64,000 nt of DNA from a bacterium (GTDB lineage: Bacteria > SM23-31). The stretch lies in assembly GCA_965249485.1 (NCBI GenBank), contig OZ252239.1, positions 2,528,001-2,592,000 on the forward strand, written 5' to 3'. Every line of letters starts with the position of its first letter. The first letter of the stretch is position 1. The position numbers and the translations under genes were made by a program. Under the pieces are notes generated by a model that saw only the letters and a list, made by a program, of their open reading frames with translations, had not been told where the DNA came from and did not search any database. Shown here piece by piece: positions 30,348 through 39,610 of this stretch.

Positions 30348-31115
30348 ATGATAAACTTAACCGTTTTGGGTTCCGGTACATTGCAACCGACACCTGCAAG
30401 AGGTTGTAGCGGTTATTTGTTGAGAATTGATGAATCAACGATTCTTTTAGATGCCGGTTCCGGAACGCTGAGGCAACTGTCTCATTGCTCAGTATTGGCA
30501 GAAGATGTCGATTATATCTTTTTTTCTCACTTGCACGTAGATCACACCTCTGATTTGATTCCTCTTTTGTTCGCAAAGAGGCACGCATCCCATCACAATA
30601 AGAAAGATATTTCGATTTACGGCCCTCAAGGATTTAAAGTATTTTTCGAAAAACTCAGCCAATTATTTCAAACATATATAGAGCCCGAATCGTACAAAAT
30701 CAATGTATTCGAGTATGACTTGAAGAAAATTGATTTTTCCAATTTTTCTATAACCTTTATACCTGTTCAACACACTGAAAATAGCTGCGGATTCAGAATT
30801 CAAGATACGCACAACTCCCTATTTGCTTATACAGGAGATACGGATTACTGTGATAATCTCATTACATTATGTAAAGATTGCGATATTGCTGTTATTGAAT
30901 GTTCGTTTCCCGATAGCGCTAAAGTTTCTGGGCATATGGTTCCCTGTGAAGTAGGAAAAATAGCTCAAGAGGCAAACTGCAAGCGAGTTTTATTGACTCA
31001 TTTATATCCTAATACCGATAAAAGTGAATTGATTGCCTCTTGTAAGCGTCATTTTGACGGTGAAATTGCTGTTGCAGAAGAATTGCATACGTATACTTTT
31101 GGAAAAAACAGTTAA
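30348..31115 (+). CDS. MBL-fold metallo-hydrolase (RNase Z/BN-like)
   Basis: LTVLGSG, SHLHVDHTSD, YTGDT, LTHLY; start set at the ATG after ftsY. Confidence 0.85.
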   Translation: MINLTVLGSGTLQPTPARGCSGYLLRIDESTILLDAGSGTLRQLSHCSVLAEDVDYIFFSHLHVDHTSDLIPLLFAKRHASHHNKKDISIYGPQGFKVFFEKLSQLFQTYIEPESYKINVFEYDLKKIDFSNFSITFIPVQHTENSCGFRIQDTHNSLFAYTGDTDYCDNLITLCKDCDIAVIECSFPDSAKVSGHMVPCEVGKIAQEANCKRVLLTHLYPNTDKSELIASCKRHFDGEIAVAEELHTYTFGKNS

Positions 31116-31157
31116 TTACCATACATTACATATTCATATTTTATAAAGGAGGGTAAG

Positions 31158-31622
31158 ATGTACAAGAGTGCAACAATCATAATAATTTGCGCCTTATGCA
31201 GTGTATTTGCTTTTTGTACAGTAAGTGAAAATGTTGATATCCTATCTGCTGAAAAAAAAGTTATATTGTTGGGTGATACTCCTCCGGCTGCTCCATACAG
31301 CCCGGGAATTGTGGTGGGTAATATGCTGTTTTGTTCGGGCATGGTAGGAAGAAAACTTGAGACACAATCATATGGTCATGGCATTGAAGAACAAACGACC
31401 ATTGCTCTTGATAATTTGAATTCTGTCATAGTAAATGCAGGATTTAGCATGGAAAACGTTGTAAAGGCTACCGTATATTTAACCGATATGGACAACTATT
31501 CGGGTATGAATGAAGTATACAGAACCTATTTCCAGAAAAATCCTCCTGCGCGTGCAACCGTTGGAGTGATGGAACTTGTTGGTGAAGCATTAGTAGAAAT
31601 ATCTTGTATAGCAATAAAATAA
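31158..31622 (+). CDS. RidA-family protein with N-terminal signal-like extension
   Basis: Strong RBS AAGGAGG; hydrophobic N-terminus, then APYSPG, SGMVG, MNEVY, PPARATVG, VEISCIA. Confidence 0.88.
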   Translation: MYKSATIIIICALCSVFAFCTVSENVDILSAEKKVILLGDTPPAAPYSPGIVVGNMLFCSGMVGRKLETQSYGHGIEEQTTIALDNLNSVIVNAGFSMENVVKATVYLTDMDNYSGMNEVYRTYFQKNPPARATVGVMELVGEALVEISCIAIK

Positions 31623-31624
31623 TA

Positions 31625-32086
31625 ATGGTGAATATGACATATCGCATTCAGATGATCAGAATTAAATACATCCTTAGTTGCGCAGTATTGTTAACAATCT
31701 TACTTCTTTTCGGCTGTACAGGAAACTCTGCCGACGACGAGCAGGAAATACTAGAAATGTATACCGAAATCATCCAGGCATTTGCCCGCGAAGATTTGCG
31801 CGGAGTCATGTTCAATATTTCCAAAGACTTTCAATCTGATGTTGAATACCTTCAGACCTATGGTGAAATATTCGAGCATCGCCGGTCATTTATTTTGAAC
31901 AACAGCAAAGTGTCGGTCAATTTCAGAGATATTTCAATTGTCTTGGACGGTTCTCATGCTGAAGTATCATATCGGTTTCAAGCTGAAACAGATCAAGTTG
32001 AAATGAACTGGAGTGAAATTGACATGCTACAAAAAAACTGGGGTGGTTGGGAAATATATTCTTGGCAGATAAATGTTGACAGTTAA
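31625..32086 (+). CDS. Lipoprotein with SnoaL/NTF2-like domain (start uncertain)
   Basis: Lipobox LLFGC; helix then beta-strand pattern ending GWEIYSW. Confidence 0.6.
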   Translation: MVNMTYRIQMIRIKYILSCAVLLTILLLFGCTGNSADDEQEILEMYTEIIQAFAREDLRGVMFNISKDFQSDVEYLQTYGEIFEHRRSFILNNSKVSVNFRDISIVLDGSHAEVSYRFQAETDQVEMNWSEIDMLQKNWGGWEIYSWQINVDS

Positions 32087-32102
32087 ATGTTGACAGTTAA
32101 AT
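32070..32102. repeat. 14-bp tandem duplication (TAAATGTTGACAGT, 2.4 copies)
   Basis: Exact copies at 32070-32083 and 32084-32097 plus TAAAT. Confidence 0.85.
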
Positions 32103-32105
32103 AGT

Positions 32106-33047
32106 ATGCTCCGATATTATTCTCATAGTAGACATTTAAAGGAAATCTTTGATTTTCCCGTTAGAAAAATTTGTGTGGATGCGGGATTCACCTGTCCGAA
32201 CAGAGATGGATCAAAGGGTTATGGGGGTTGTATTTATTGCAATGATAAAGGTTCGGGTGCACCATATATTAATAAAAATCTTTCATGGGAAGACCAGTTT
32301 AGGATACGTGCTGAGCGGCATCTCCAAAATGAGCCGAATACTCATTTCATAATATATTTTCAGGCATATTCAAATACGTATGCACCGGTTGAATATCTTG
32401 AGCAAATGTACAGGTCTGCTTTGAGCAAAGAGAAGGTTGTGGGTTTATCTATTGGAACTCGACCAGACTGTGTAAATTCTGAATCTCTCAATCTAATTCG
32501 TGATCTATCCCGAGAAACATATGTATGGCTGGAATTCGGTGTGGAGACTATACACGAAAAGACATTGCAGCTTATAAACCGACAGCACACCTATGCTGAT
32601 TTATTGACTGCATATGATGAAGCAAAAAAACGGGATATTTCCATTTGTCTTCATATCATTAACGGTCTGCCATGGGAGTCACGTGAAGAAATATTAGAAA
32701 CAGCAAAAACTGTCGGACAGCTTATGCCTGACGGAATAAAAATGCATTCGCTATATATTGAAACAGGAACCAGACTGCACAATCTCTATAAGAAGAATCC
32801 GTGGCTCTTGTTTTCTGAGAATGAATATATTGAGCTTGCGGTCGAGTGCCTTGAGCTTTTTCCGGAGCAATCAGTCATACAGAGACTTGTTGGAGAAGCA
32901 ATTCAAGAACGTCTTGTTGCTCCTGAATGGTCTAAAAACAAGCAGCGTATTCTTAATGGCATTCAAAATTATATGGAATCAAAGGATACAAAACAAGGTG
33001 CAAAATACGCTCCAATACAGAGTGATACTGTAGCATCAACTTTATAA
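32106..33047 (+). CDS. TIGR01212/YhcC-family radical SAM protein
   Basis: GFTCPNRDG...GCIYC, YFQAYSNTY, IGTRPDC, HIINGLP. Confidence 0.92.
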   Translation: MLRYYSHSRHLKEIFDFPVRKICVDAGFTCPNRDGSKGYGGCIYCNDKGSGAPYINKNLSWEDQFRIRAERHLQNEPNTHFIIYFQAYSNTYAPVEYLEQMYRSALSKEKVVGLSIGTRPDCVNSESLNLIRDLSRETYVWLEFGVETIHEKTLQLINRQHTYADLLTAYDEAKKRDISICLHIINGLPWESREEILETAKTVGQLMPDGIKMHSLYIETGTRLHNLYKKNPWLLFSENEYIELAVECLELFPEQSVIQRLVGEAIQERLVAPEWSKNKQRILNGIQNYMESKDTKQGAKYAPIQSDTVASTL

Positions 33048-33090
33048 CACACAGTTGTTGGAAAACAATTGTTCAGGTAATGGTTTTTGC

Positions 33091-33119
33091 TTGAAGAAGA
33101 TTAAAATAACCTATATATT
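33091..33119 (+). promoter_or_regulatory. Putative sigma70 promoter of yajC-def-fmt
   Basis: TTGAAG-N17-TATATT. Confidence 0.45.
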
Positions 33120-33168
33120 ATATTATAATTAATAAAGTAAAGATTAGACATGAAACTCTGGAGGTAGA

Positions 33169-33489
33169 GTGTTTTCTTTAATTTTTGCGTGGATTGCCCC
33201 GCCGGGAGGTGGTGATTCCAATCCTTTTGTGGTTATGATGCCGCTTTTTATCATACTACTTGTATTCTATTTTCTAATGGTTCGTCCACAAGTAAAACGT
33301 CAAAAACAGCAACGTATCATGCTTGACAACTTGAAAAAGGGTGACAATGTTGTTGCTGCCGGCGGTGTCGTCGGAACAATTGCGGGCCTTAAAGACAAAG
33401 AGAACACTGTCATTCTTAAAATAGATGACAATGTGAAGATTGAAGTATTGAAATCATCTGTCTCAACAGTTATCGAAAAGGAAGAGTGA
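33169..33489 (+). CDS. yajC: Preprotein translocase subunit
   Basis: FYFLMVRPQVKRQK, LKKGDNVV, GGVVG. Confidence 0.93.
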   Translation: MFSLIFAWIAPPGGGDSNPFVVMMPLFIILLVFYFLMVRPQVKRQKQQRIMLDNLKKGDNVVAAGGVVGTIAGLKDKENTVILKIDDNVKIEVLKSSVSTVIEKEE

Positions 33490-33490
33490 T

Positions 33491-34012
33491 ATGCCTTTAC
33501 GGCCTATTCTCATTTACGGAAATCCTCTTCTGCATGAAAAAGCCGCTTCTGTTGAAATAATAACAGAGGATATACAGGAATTCATCGATGACATGTTTGA
33601 GACAATGTTTCATGCACGGGGAATTGGTCTTGCAGCTACCCAGTTAGGTATTTTGAAATCGGTTATTGTTATTGATTTGCCGCGTGAAGACGATCAGGAA
33701 GAAAATGGCCGGATGCTTGTGATGATCAATCTGGAAATTCTTGACCGTCAAGGAATTTGCTCATTTGAGGAGGGATGTCTTTCTATTCCCGGAATCAATG
33801 GAGATGTTGATAGGTCTGAAGTAATCACTATTAGATTTCTAGACAGAGATGGAAATTCGGTAGAGATGGAGTGTGATGAAATGCTCGCAAGAGTTATCCA
33901 GCATGAATATGACCATCTCCAAGGCATTTTATTTGTTCAGCACCTAAAACCGGCCGTTCAAAAAAAATTAAACCCGCAACTACGCCAGATTGCAAAAGGT
34001 GTTTTAGTATGA
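33491..34012 (+). CDS. def: Peptide deformylase
   Basis: GIGLAATQ, EGCLS, QHEYDHL. Confidence 0.97.
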   Translation: MPLRPILIYGNPLLHEKAASVEIITEDIQEFIDDMFETMFHARGIGLAATQLGILKSVIVIDLPREDDQEENGRMLVMINLEILDRQGICSFEEGCLSIPGINGDVDRSEVITIRFLDRDGNSVEMECDEMLARVIQHEYDHLQGILFVQHLKPAVQKKLNPQLRQIAKGVLV

Positions 34013-34956
34013 GAGTAGTTTATATGGGAACACCTGACTTTGCCGTTCCCACTCTCAATCATCTTGCACAAAACACATCCCACACCGTTGTAAGCGTTGT
34101 AACTGCGGAAGACAAGCCGAAAGGTAGAGGGCAAATACTCCAGCCTCCTGCAGTGAAATTGTGTGCACTTGACTTAAATATTCCCGTTTTACAGCCCAAA
34201 AACTTGAGAAATACAGAGTTTCATGACAAAATTCTCACTCTCAATCCTGATGTTTTGGTAGTTGTAGCGTTCCGAATTCTCCCTGTTGAACTGTTTTCAC
34301 TTACCCGATTCGGAGCTATAAATCTCCATGCTTCCCTTTTGCCAAGTTACCGTGGACCTGCTCCGGTACAGTGGGCAATTATGAATGGTGAGCAATCAAC
34401 CGGGCTGACAACATTCCAAATCGATAAAGGAATTGACACGGGTAATATTTTAATGCAGCGGTCACTGGAAATTGAAGATAGCGAAACAGCCGGTGAACTA
34501 TTGATGCGGCTTGCCGATATTGGCGCACAGGTAGTGGCAGAATCACTGGATGGACTAGAAAAGGGTGCATTGGAACCTTTGACACAGGTGTCTACGCAAT
34601 CTTCTCATGCTCCTAAAATTACTCCAGACATACTCCCTATTGAATGGAATAATTCGGCTCAGTCGATAGTACAAAAGATTCGGGGATTATCTCCTTCACC
34701 ATGTGCACAAACGTATTATAAAGGGAAGTTAATAAAACTGTTCAGGGCTCAGACTGTAGAAATGGATAATTTAGATTGTAAGCCGGGTACTATTGTGAAA
34801 GCTAATTCCCAAGATGGATTGTTCGTTCAATCAGGACGTAATGTAGTAGAAATTCTTGAACTGCAGCGCGAAGGTAAAAAACAAATGACTGCAAGAGATA
34901 TGTTGCGAGGTATGAACATAGAGGAAGGGGAAGTTCTTAAGGGTAAGAAGGCATGA
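34009..34956 (+). CDS. fmt: Methionyl-tRNA formyltransferase
   Basis: YMGTPDFA, NLHASLLPSYRGPAP, LQREGKK. Confidence 0.97.
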   Translation: MRVVYMGTPDFAVPTLNHLAQNTSHTVVSVVTAEDKPKGRGQILQPPAVKLCALDLNIPVLQPKNLRNTEFHDKILTLNPDVLVVVAFRILPVELFSLTRFGAINLHASLLPSYRGPAPVQWAIMNGEQSTGLTTFQIDKGIDTGNILMQRSLEIEDSETAGELLMRLADIGAQVVAESLDGLEKGALEPLTQVSTQSSHAPKITPDILPIEWNNSAQSIVQKIRGLSPSPCAQTYYKGKLIKLFRAQTVEMDNLDCKPGTIVKANSQDGLFVQSGRNVVEILELQREGKKQMTARDMLRGMNIEEGEVLKGKKA

Positions 34957-35082
34957 CAATTTCTATGTATCTTCCGGTTGAAATAGAAAAAATGAATTGA
35001 TTTACAAACCTGTCCGATTGGACTTCTATATATTGCAAATAAGAAGAGATTCGCGTAAATTAAAGTGTAATAATAAAAAATA

Positions 35083-35865
35083 GTGAAGAATAAAGACTCA
35101 GACATGCTATCTTTAAATCAAAATAATATGATCGTTTATCTGAAATATACAGCAGGCATATTAGCATTTTTATTTGTTATGTTTATAGCGATAGATAACA
35201 TCATTATGCCGCTGTATGTAAATTTGGGAAAAGAAGTTGATTTACCTGATGTTACTCAAAAATCAGATGCACAGGCCATTCTTGAACTACGGAATCTTGG
35301 TCTCATGGTAGGAGTAATTGGGCGGAAATATAACTCATTTTATCCGGAAGATACCGTTTTATCACAAAATCCTATTGCAGGTACACGTGTTAAAACGGGG
35401 CGCGCAATTGAGCTTACAGTGAGTCGTGGTGATCAAAAAGTGAAGATCCCCGATTTGATAAATCTTTCTCCACGCGATGCAGAATTAAGGCTGCAACGGC
35501 TCAATTTAATTAAAGGAGAAGAGTATTACAATTTTTCTGATGATTATACCGAAGGTATAGTGATCAGTCAATCATATGAGTCTGGAACAGAAGTTACAAA
35601 AGGGACAATTATTGATATCACAGTCAGTTTGGGACTCGAGTCGAAAGAGTTTGAGATGCCAGATGTCCGGCTGAAGACACTAGAGACCGCTTCAGAAACA
35701 TTTAGGCAAAACAGATTGCGGATTGGCGGTATAATTTTCAATGTGAATGATGAATTTCTTCCGAATACGGTTTTGTTTCAGGATCCGCAGCCGGGTATGG
35801 ATGTTTCTCCAGGAGATTCTGTAATAATTATTGTTAGCAGAATGGACAGCACAAGGATTGAGTAA
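35083..35865 (+). CDS. PASTA domain-containing membrane protein (3 PASTA repeats)
   Basis: TM helix then repeated xPDV...VxSQxPxAG...IxLxVS. Confidence 0.88.
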   Translation: MKNKDSDMLSLNQNNMIVYLKYTAGILAFLFVMFIAIDNIIMPLYVNLGKEVDLPDVTQKSDAQAILELRNLGLMVGVIGRKYNSFYPEDTVLSQNPIAGTRVKTGRAIELTVSRGDQKVKIPDLINLSPRDAELRLQRLNLIKGEEYYNFSDDYTEGIVISQSYESGTEVTKGTIIDITVSLGLESKEFEMPDVRLKTLETASETFRQNRLRIGGIIFNVNDEFLPNTVLFQDPQPGMDVSPGDSVIIIVSRMDSTRIE

Positions 35866-35909
35866 ATTTACTTGAATTTAATTCAATCAGTTAATTGGAT
35901 GCAATATAT

Positions 35910-36587
35910 ATGCAAAATTCGTTTGAGAATGATTTGATAATTGCTCCCTCAATTTTATCTGCTGATTTTACGAATTTAGAATGTGAAATCAGGCAGCTTG
36001 AAAAAGGAGGAGTGGATTGGATCCATATCGATGTTATGGACGGTCATTTTGTGCCAAATATCACCTTTGGACCATTATTGGTAAAAGCCATAAAGTCTCT
36101 TACAAACGTACCTTTAGATGTTCACTTGATGATTTCAAATCCCGATTTGTATTTAGAAGATTTTCGAAAAGCAGGAGCAGATATTATTTCAGTTCATCAG
36201 GAGACCTGTCCACATCTCTACAAAACTGTTAATAAGATACGAGAACTTGGTGCAAAAGCGGGAGTGTCAATCAATCCGGCAACAAGTATTTCTACTATAG
36301 AAAGTATCATTAAAGAAATAGATTTGGTATTAATTATGTCTGTAAATCCCGGATTTGGAGGTCAGAAATTCATTGAATCTTCTCTGTCTAAGATCTCTGA
36401 TACGTTTGAATTGCTCCAAAAAAGTAATCCAAAGGTAAAATTAGAGGTTGACGGTGGCATTGACACTTCAAATATAAAATCTGTAGTCAATGCCGGATGT
36501 AATGTTGTCGTTGCAGGTACAGCGATATTTAGCAACATAGATAGAACAGAAGGTGTAAAAAACTTGCGAAATGCGGCTGTAAATTAA
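35910..36587 (+). CDS. rpe: Ribulose-phosphate 3-epimerase
   Basis: IAPSILSADF, HIDVMDGHFVPN, DVHLM, MSVNPGFGGQ, EVDGG. Confidence 0.97.
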   Translation: MQNSFENDLIIAPSILSADFTNLECEIRQLEKGGVDWIHIDVMDGHFVPNITFGPLLVKAIKSLTNVPLDVHLMISNPDLYLEDFRKAGADIISVHQETCPHLYKTVNKIRELGAKAGVSINPATSISTIESIIKEIDLVLIMSVNPGFGGQKFIESSLSKISDTFELLQKSNPKVKLEVDGGIDTSNIKSVVNAGCNVVVAGTAIFSNIDRTEGVKNLRNAAVN

Positions 36588-36589
36588 TA

Positions 36590-37162
36590 ATGACATACAA
36601 ACAGGAAATCCTCAGAAAAGCGATACATTTTATTTCCCTGGTTATTCCAATGGGATATTTACTTGTATCAAAAGAAACTGCTCTTTATATATTGATACCT
36701 GTAAGTATTGTGTTTATAAGTGTTGACATTGCAAGATTCTATTGCAACCCAGTTAAAAAATTGATTTCCAATGTATTTTCCCTAGTGATACGTGATCATG
36801 AAAAACACCACTTGACAGGGTCATCTTACTTAATGGCAGGTTCGGTTCTCGTTATAATGTTTTTTCCAAAATCTAATGCAATATTCTCTTTGCTCCTTCT
36901 TGCCATTTCCGATTCTGCAGCTGCATTAGTAGGGAGGAGGTTAGGAAAACATAAGCTCTTTAATAAATCAATTGAAGGTACTGCAGCATTTATCGGATCT
37001 GCATTGTCAATTGCCCTGTTTTTTTCAACAATTCCATTAATGCACAAAATTATTGCATCAATAAGTGCATCAATTGTTGAAGTTTTACCCTTAAAGATTG
37101 ATGACAATTTCACAATTCCCGTATCAACGTGCACGGTATTGTGGCTCGTATCCCTTTTCTAG
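36590..37162 (+). CDS. SEC59/DGK1/VTE5-family CTP-dependent polyprenol/phytol/diacylglycerol kinase
   Basis: EILRKAIH, DSAAALVGRRLG, KSIEGT, DDNFTIP; polytopic membrane protein. Confidence 0.82.
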   Translation: MTYKQEILRKAIHFISLVIPMGYLLVSKETALYILIPVSIVFISVDIARFYCNPVKKLISNVFSLVIRDHEKHHLTGSSYLMAGSVLVIMFFPKSNAIFSLLLLAISDSAAALVGRRLGKHKLFNKSIEGTAAFIGSALSIALFFSTIPLMHKIIASISASIVEVLPLKIDDNFTIPVSTCTVLWLVSLF

Positions 37163-37350
37163 TGTAGCAGACAATTCAAATCAGTAAGCTATTGCTATAT
37201 AAATGCTTATGTGATTTTGTATCAGGTTTAAAAATAAAATAACACGTGAAAATAAAATAATTTCCTTGACAAAAGATATATATATTTATAAATTGACCGC
37301 TAAATATGTATAATTTGTGTATAAGTATCAGTATGTAGGAGCAGTATGTA

Positions 37351-37551
37351 ATGCCTAAAGGACAGGTTAAGTGGTTTAATGAGAATAAAGGTTATGGTTT
37401 TATAACGCATGAGGATGGAACTGAAGTATTTGTCCATTATAGCGCCATTGATGGGGACGGTTTCAGAACTCTTGCTGAGGGTGACGATGTGGAATTTCAA
37501 GTAGTCGATACAGATAAAGGACAACAAGCAGCGAATGTAAAACCGCTATAA
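37351..37551 (+). CDS. Cold-shock domain protein
   Basis: [27 protein letters not shown]. Confidence 0.96.
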   Translation: MPKGQVKWFNENKGYGFITHEDGTEVFVHYSAIDGDGFRTLAEGDDVEFQVVDTDKGQQAANVKPL

Positions 37552-37572
37552 CTTTTATATTTCCATTATGAT

Positions 37573-37603
37573 ACCCCGATTTTTTAAAATCGGGGTTTTT
37601 TTT
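37573..37603 (+). terminator. Intrinsic terminator after the cold-shock gene
   Basis: ACCCCGATTTT..AAAATCGGGGT plus T-run. Confidence 0.85.
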
Positions 37604-37693
37604 GGTTGTTTTCTGAAACGAGTATAATTACTTTATTACACAATTTCTCTAAGAAGTTATTTTATTAAGCATAAAAACGAAGTAAAATTCATT

Positions 37694-38602
37694 GTGAATA
37701 GTTATCTGCAAAGATTTCTCAGGTATCTTAAAATAGAAAAGAATCTTTCGATCAATACACTTTCTGCATATGAGTATGACCTGAATAGGTTTATTGATTT
37801 TCAAAATCCGGATAGTGAACAGTATGATCCGGAAAAAACTTCATCGGATGATATCTCTCGCTATATTTACAAACTGCATGATTTGGGACTTGCTGAATCG
37901 TCAATAGCTCGAAACATTTCTACAATCAGAGCATTTTTCCAGTACTTATTGAAATCCGAAGATGTAAAAACTGACCCAATTGCTGTAATTGAATCACCAA
38001 GACGTCCGGAAAAACTCCCGAAAGTACTTACAATATCCGAAGTTCAAATGCTGCTTGAGCAGCCAGATGTCAATATGCCTCTTGAATTGCGTGACAAGGC
38101 AATGATGGAGTTTATGTATGGTACGGGCATACGTGTTTCTGAATTAACTATAGTAAAAGTTAGAGATTGTTATTTTGATGAGGAAGTTGTTAGGATTTTC
38201 GGAAAAGGGAGTAAAGAACGAATTGTGCCGTGTGGAGAAATAGCACAAAAGTTTGTTGAGCTCTATTTAAGAGAAGTACGGCCTAAACTCATAAAAACTT
38301 CAAGTCATCCATTGGAATGTATATTCCTGAATTGGAGGGGAAACCCAATGAGCAGGATGGGATTCTGGAAAATATTACAGAAATATTGTCTTAAATCGAA
38401 AATCCAAAAACAGATAAGTCCGCATGTACTGCGGCACTCTTTTGCTACTCATCTCCTCGAGGGAGGGGCTGATCTGCGCGTGGTGCAAGAATTGCTCGGA
38501 CATTCTGATATATCGACGACGCAAATATATACACATCTCGATAAAGAGTATTTAAGAGAAGTGCACAAGTCTTTTCACCCACTGGAACAAAATTTAAGGT
38601 AG
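37694..38602 (+). CDS. xerD: Tyrosine recombinase XerD
   Basis: RDKAMMEFMYGTGIRVSEL, GKGSKERIVP, HVLRHSFATHLLEGGADLRVVQELLGHSDISTTQIYTH. Confidence 0.9.
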   Translation: MNSYLQRFLRYLKIEKNLSINTLSAYEYDLNRFIDFQNPDSEQYDPEKTSSDDISRYIYKLHDLGLAESSIARNISTIRAFFQYLLKSEDVKTDPIAVIESPRRPEKLPKVLTISEVQMLLEQPDVNMPLELRDKAMMEFMYGTGIRVSELTIVKVRDCYFDEEVVRIFGKGSKERIVPCGEIAQKFVELYLREVRPKLIKTSSHPLECIFLNWRGNPMSRMGFWKILQKYCLKSKIQKQISPHVLRHSFATHLLEGGADLRVVQELLGHSDISTTQIYTHLDKEYLREVHKSFHPLEQNLR

Positions 38603-38609
38603 TCTCATT

Positions 38610-39260
38610 ATGTTTGATTTAAGAGTATTCTCTATAATTATATTGCTCTTTTCAATTGTTGTTCATGAATATGCGCATGGTTGGATGGCTCTTCGGTGTG
38701 GTGATCATACTGCCAAGTTTGCCGGGCGTCTCACCTTGAATCCGATTCCGCATATTGATCCGATGGGTTCAATTATTCTGCCACTTATTTTGTTTATGAG
38801 TGGATCACCGGTATTGTTTGGATGGGCAAAACCTGTTCCTGTTAATCCGAATAACTACAATAACCCTGCTATTGATAATGTTAAAGTATCAGGCGCAGGT
38901 CCTGCTTCAAACTTTCTTTTGGCAATAGGTTTTACTATGACAGCGATAATGATACTCTTGAACTCAAATAGCGCTGCACTCTTCGGAATTTGTCGGTTTG
39001 GAATACAAATCAACTTACTGCTTGCTCTTTTTAATCTAATACCATTTTCACCGTTGGACGGTTCGCATATATTAGAATATTACATACCATTAGACAAAAA
39101 ACCGGCATATCATAATTTTCAACGCTTCGGTCCGGTTGCTCTTATGATCGTTGTATTTTCAGGATTTATATTACCGTTAAGTCTTTTCTGGCTTATTATT
39201 GGTCCGCCATACGTTTTTTTATTCAACATTCTTCAAGATTTAATAAAATATTTCGTATAA
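38610..39260 (+). CDS. Site-2 protease (M50) family protein
   Basis: HEYAHG, LNPIPHIDP, AGPASN, FNLIPFSPLDG. Confidence 0.93.
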   Translation: MFDLRVFSIIILLFSIVVHEYAHGWMALRCGDHTAKFAGRLTLNPIPHIDPMGSIILPLILFMSGSPVLFGWAKPVPVNPNNYNNPAIDNVKVSGAGPASNFLLAIGFTMTAIMILLNSNSAALFGICRFGIQINLLLALFNLIPFSPLDGSHILEYYIPLDKKPAYHNFQRFGPVALMIVVFSGFILPLSLFWLIIGPPYVFLFNILQDLIKYFV

Positions 39261-39277
39261 TAAAAGAAACGACAACA

Positions 39278-39487
39278 ATGTTAATGAAGGGGATGAAGCC
39301 TCGGAAATTTGATTATATTCCTCGTTATTATGAGGAAAATAACGATTCAGAATTAACAGATAAAAAAATAATTAAAATCAAAAGAGGTGTATCGAGGAAA
39401 ATCCGGGGCGCATCTTTTTACAAAATAATATTTCTCATTGGTATTATTCTTTACTTTATGTATTTCTTAAAAGATAATTTTCAATAA
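39278..39487 (+). CDS. Small hypothetical protein with C-terminal TM helix
   Basis: KPRKFDYIPRYY motif and hydrophobic C-terminus. Confidence 0.6.
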   Translation: MLMKGMKPRKFDYIPRYYEENNDSELTDKKIIKIKRGVSRKIRGASFYKIIFLIGIILYFMYFLKDNFQ

Positions 39488-39536
39488 AAGAGTTATCTCA
39501 CAGAGAAGGGGGGTAACTAAACTCAGCATACTTTCA

Positions 39537-39564
39537 TGTTTACATAATATATATTATGCGCCAT
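39537..39564 (-). other. dif: dif-like XerC/XerD recombination site
   Basis: Minus strand ATGGCGCATAA-TATATA-TTATGTAAACA. The left arm shares GCGCATAA with E. coli dif; the spacer and right arm match B. subtilis dif (AATATATATTATGTAAAC). Intergenic between convergent genes. Confidence 0.85.
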
Positions 39565-39610
39565 CATGCTTTGTTTAGCATTGATAAGCATATTGTAAAA
39601 AGATTTATTA

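Noticed and set aside
37694..38602. Tyrosine recombinase as a phage or island integrase
   Set aside because: The sequence is typical housekeeping XerD; no att repeats, tRNA or phage cargo nearby.
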